DNA of 64,000 nucleotides from Planctomycetota bacterium (GTDB lineage Bacteria; Planctomycetota; UBA8108; SXIK01): NCBI GenBank assembly GCA_965223265.1, contig OZ244999.1, positions 6,272,001 to 6,336,000 of the forward strand, read 5' to 3'. Shown piece by piece: positions 62,794 to 64,000 of this stretch (position 1 is its first letter; each line of letters starts with the position of its first letter). The notes under the pieces were generated by a model. It saw only the letters and a program-made list of their open reading frames with translations, ran no database searches and was not told where the DNA came from. The position numbers and the translations under genes were made by a program.

Positions 62794-64000
62794 GAGCTGG
62801 TCCGCCCTCCACGTCTACAGTCGTACCTGCGGCGCCGACGGGACCTTGCCACAATTCGTGCCGTGATCTCTCGCCACAAGCGTAGAGTTCAGGCGGAAAG
62901 AACTCGTTCTTTGTAATCTCCCGCAAAACCGTTGTCGCGTAAGCTCCCTTCGGCAAGAAGAAGCGGATCACGAGATCACCGCCGTCAAGATGCCACGATA
63001 GCTCCTGGGGCACCAATCGGATCGCTCGACGCTGCCCTTCCAGCACATCGCTCGGCACCAGCTCCCTGAGCTCCTCTATGTCCACTCCCTCACGCTCGAG
63101 GATCGCCGTCTCGATCGCGGCGGCGTCAAGACCTGGCGCCGGCATCTTGCGGCCGAAGAGCGGCCCACTAGCGCTGATCTCGAATTCGTCCGCACGCTGC
63201 TGCTCGTCCGCAGGGTCCTCGACACGAAACACGGCTCCGTTGCGATGCAGATAGGCGAGATCTCCGCGAAGGAGCCGCGCCAAATCCCCGTCCACACGAC
63301 GCAGTCGCTCCGCGAGCACGAGGTTGAAGAGGTATGACTGGTACGCGGAAAGATACATCTTAAATGCCACGGGAGACAACCGACGGATGGCGCCACTGTA
63401 GTCGTCCGGCCGCTCGACAAGCAGCTTGAGCATGCGCAGTTCGTCCCGGAATCGACCTGGAAACGTTTCGTACGCTGCTTGCACGTCCCCATTCATAAAA
63501 GCCTCCCGAGCCTTGATCACGAGATCATGACGTTCGACGGAAGACGGGCTGCCGAGAAGCAGATCCAGTGCTTCACGCGATCGCTTGTGAATCAGAAGGC
63601 GACCGACGAAATGCGCGTCCATGCGGGTGCCGAAGCGCTGATGGCCGAAAAAGTTCGGCACGCCGTGGCGCTGGATGCGATCGAGAAGCGGTGGCAAGAG
63701 CTGGCTAGCATCTGGGTCGACGTCACGGACTCTGATCGCGAAACGGTTGCCGCGAAGATGCCCAATCCTCAGCTTGTTGCGGTGGAGCTTCGCGCTGCGC
63801 ACCGTGATACCACGCAGGTCCAGCTCAAGGGCCGTCTCCGGCGCGACCCCGCGAAAGGATAGAGTTTGCCGCGTCACGCCGCGGCGGTCCTTCAACCCCG
63901 CGTAGCCCACCGCGCCCTGGCGAACGCGCAGCGCCCCTGCCAGGCGGCGGATCGCCTCAGACGTCGCAATGTCTCGTTTTTCGATCTCGACGTAGCAGTG
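62786..64000 (-). CDS. truD: tRNA pseudouridine synthase D (5' part outside the window)
   Basis: GYAGLKDRRGVTRQ, KLRIGHLRGNRF, VPNFFGHQRFG, SAYQSYLFN, FFLPKGAYAT. Confidence 0.95.
   Translation of the reverse strand, partial: HCYVEIEKRDIATSEAIRRLAGALRVRQGAVGYAGLKDRRGVTRQTLSFRGVAPETALELDLRGITVRSAKLHRNKLRIGHLRGNRFAIRVRDVDPDASQLLPPLLDRIQRHGVPNFFGHQRFGTRMDAHFVGRLLIHKRSREALDLLLGSPSSVERHDLVIKAREAFMNGDVQAAYETFPGRFRDELRMLKLLVERPDDYSGAIRRLSPVAFKMYLSAYQSYLFNLVLAERLRRVDGDLARLLRGDLAYLHRNGAVFRVEDPADEQQRADEFEISASGPLFGRKMPAPGLDAAAIETAILEREGVDIEELRELVPSDVLEGQRRAIRLVPQELSWHLDGGDLVIRFFLPKGAYATTVLREITKNEFFPPELYACGERSRHELWQGPVGAAGTTVDVEGGPAHG

Overview
GC-rich bacterial chromosome segment. The gene set (DUF1570-like protein, kinase-fused sigma54 activator, prkA/yeaH/spoVR, futalosine pathway) suggests Planctomycetota; this is an inference. 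Housekeeping genes include pyk, moaDE, nadE, lysC, mqnC, pepA, dnaK, ndk, rqcH-like and truD. Five things stand out. (1) An 11-gene, mostly translationally coupled contractile-injection-system (eCIS-like) operon at 3028-12233. Its tubes are conserved, its sheath and baseplate are strongly eroded, and it has no spike, PAAR or AAA ATPase gene. It is bracketed by a degenerate FHA-coiled-coil gene and a membrane PP2C phosphatase. (2) A two-gene operon at 44617-46643 encoding a non-MreB actin-fold ATPase that resembles haloarchaeal volactin, plus a coiled-coil partner; it is a candidate bacterial cytoskeletal system. (3) Two sigma54 circuits readable from the DNA: one drives dnaK with a paired upstream box, and one drives an RpoD-like sigma factor next to a 2043-aa kinase-TPR-GAF-bEBP whose Walker B Glu is replaced by Ser. 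(4) Two kinds of small foldback MITE-like elements with target-site duplications. (5) A 47-unit hexamer tandem repeat with G-quadruplex potential. No rRNA, tRNA or CRISPR array was recognised. All family calls come from motifs read by eye, not from database searches.
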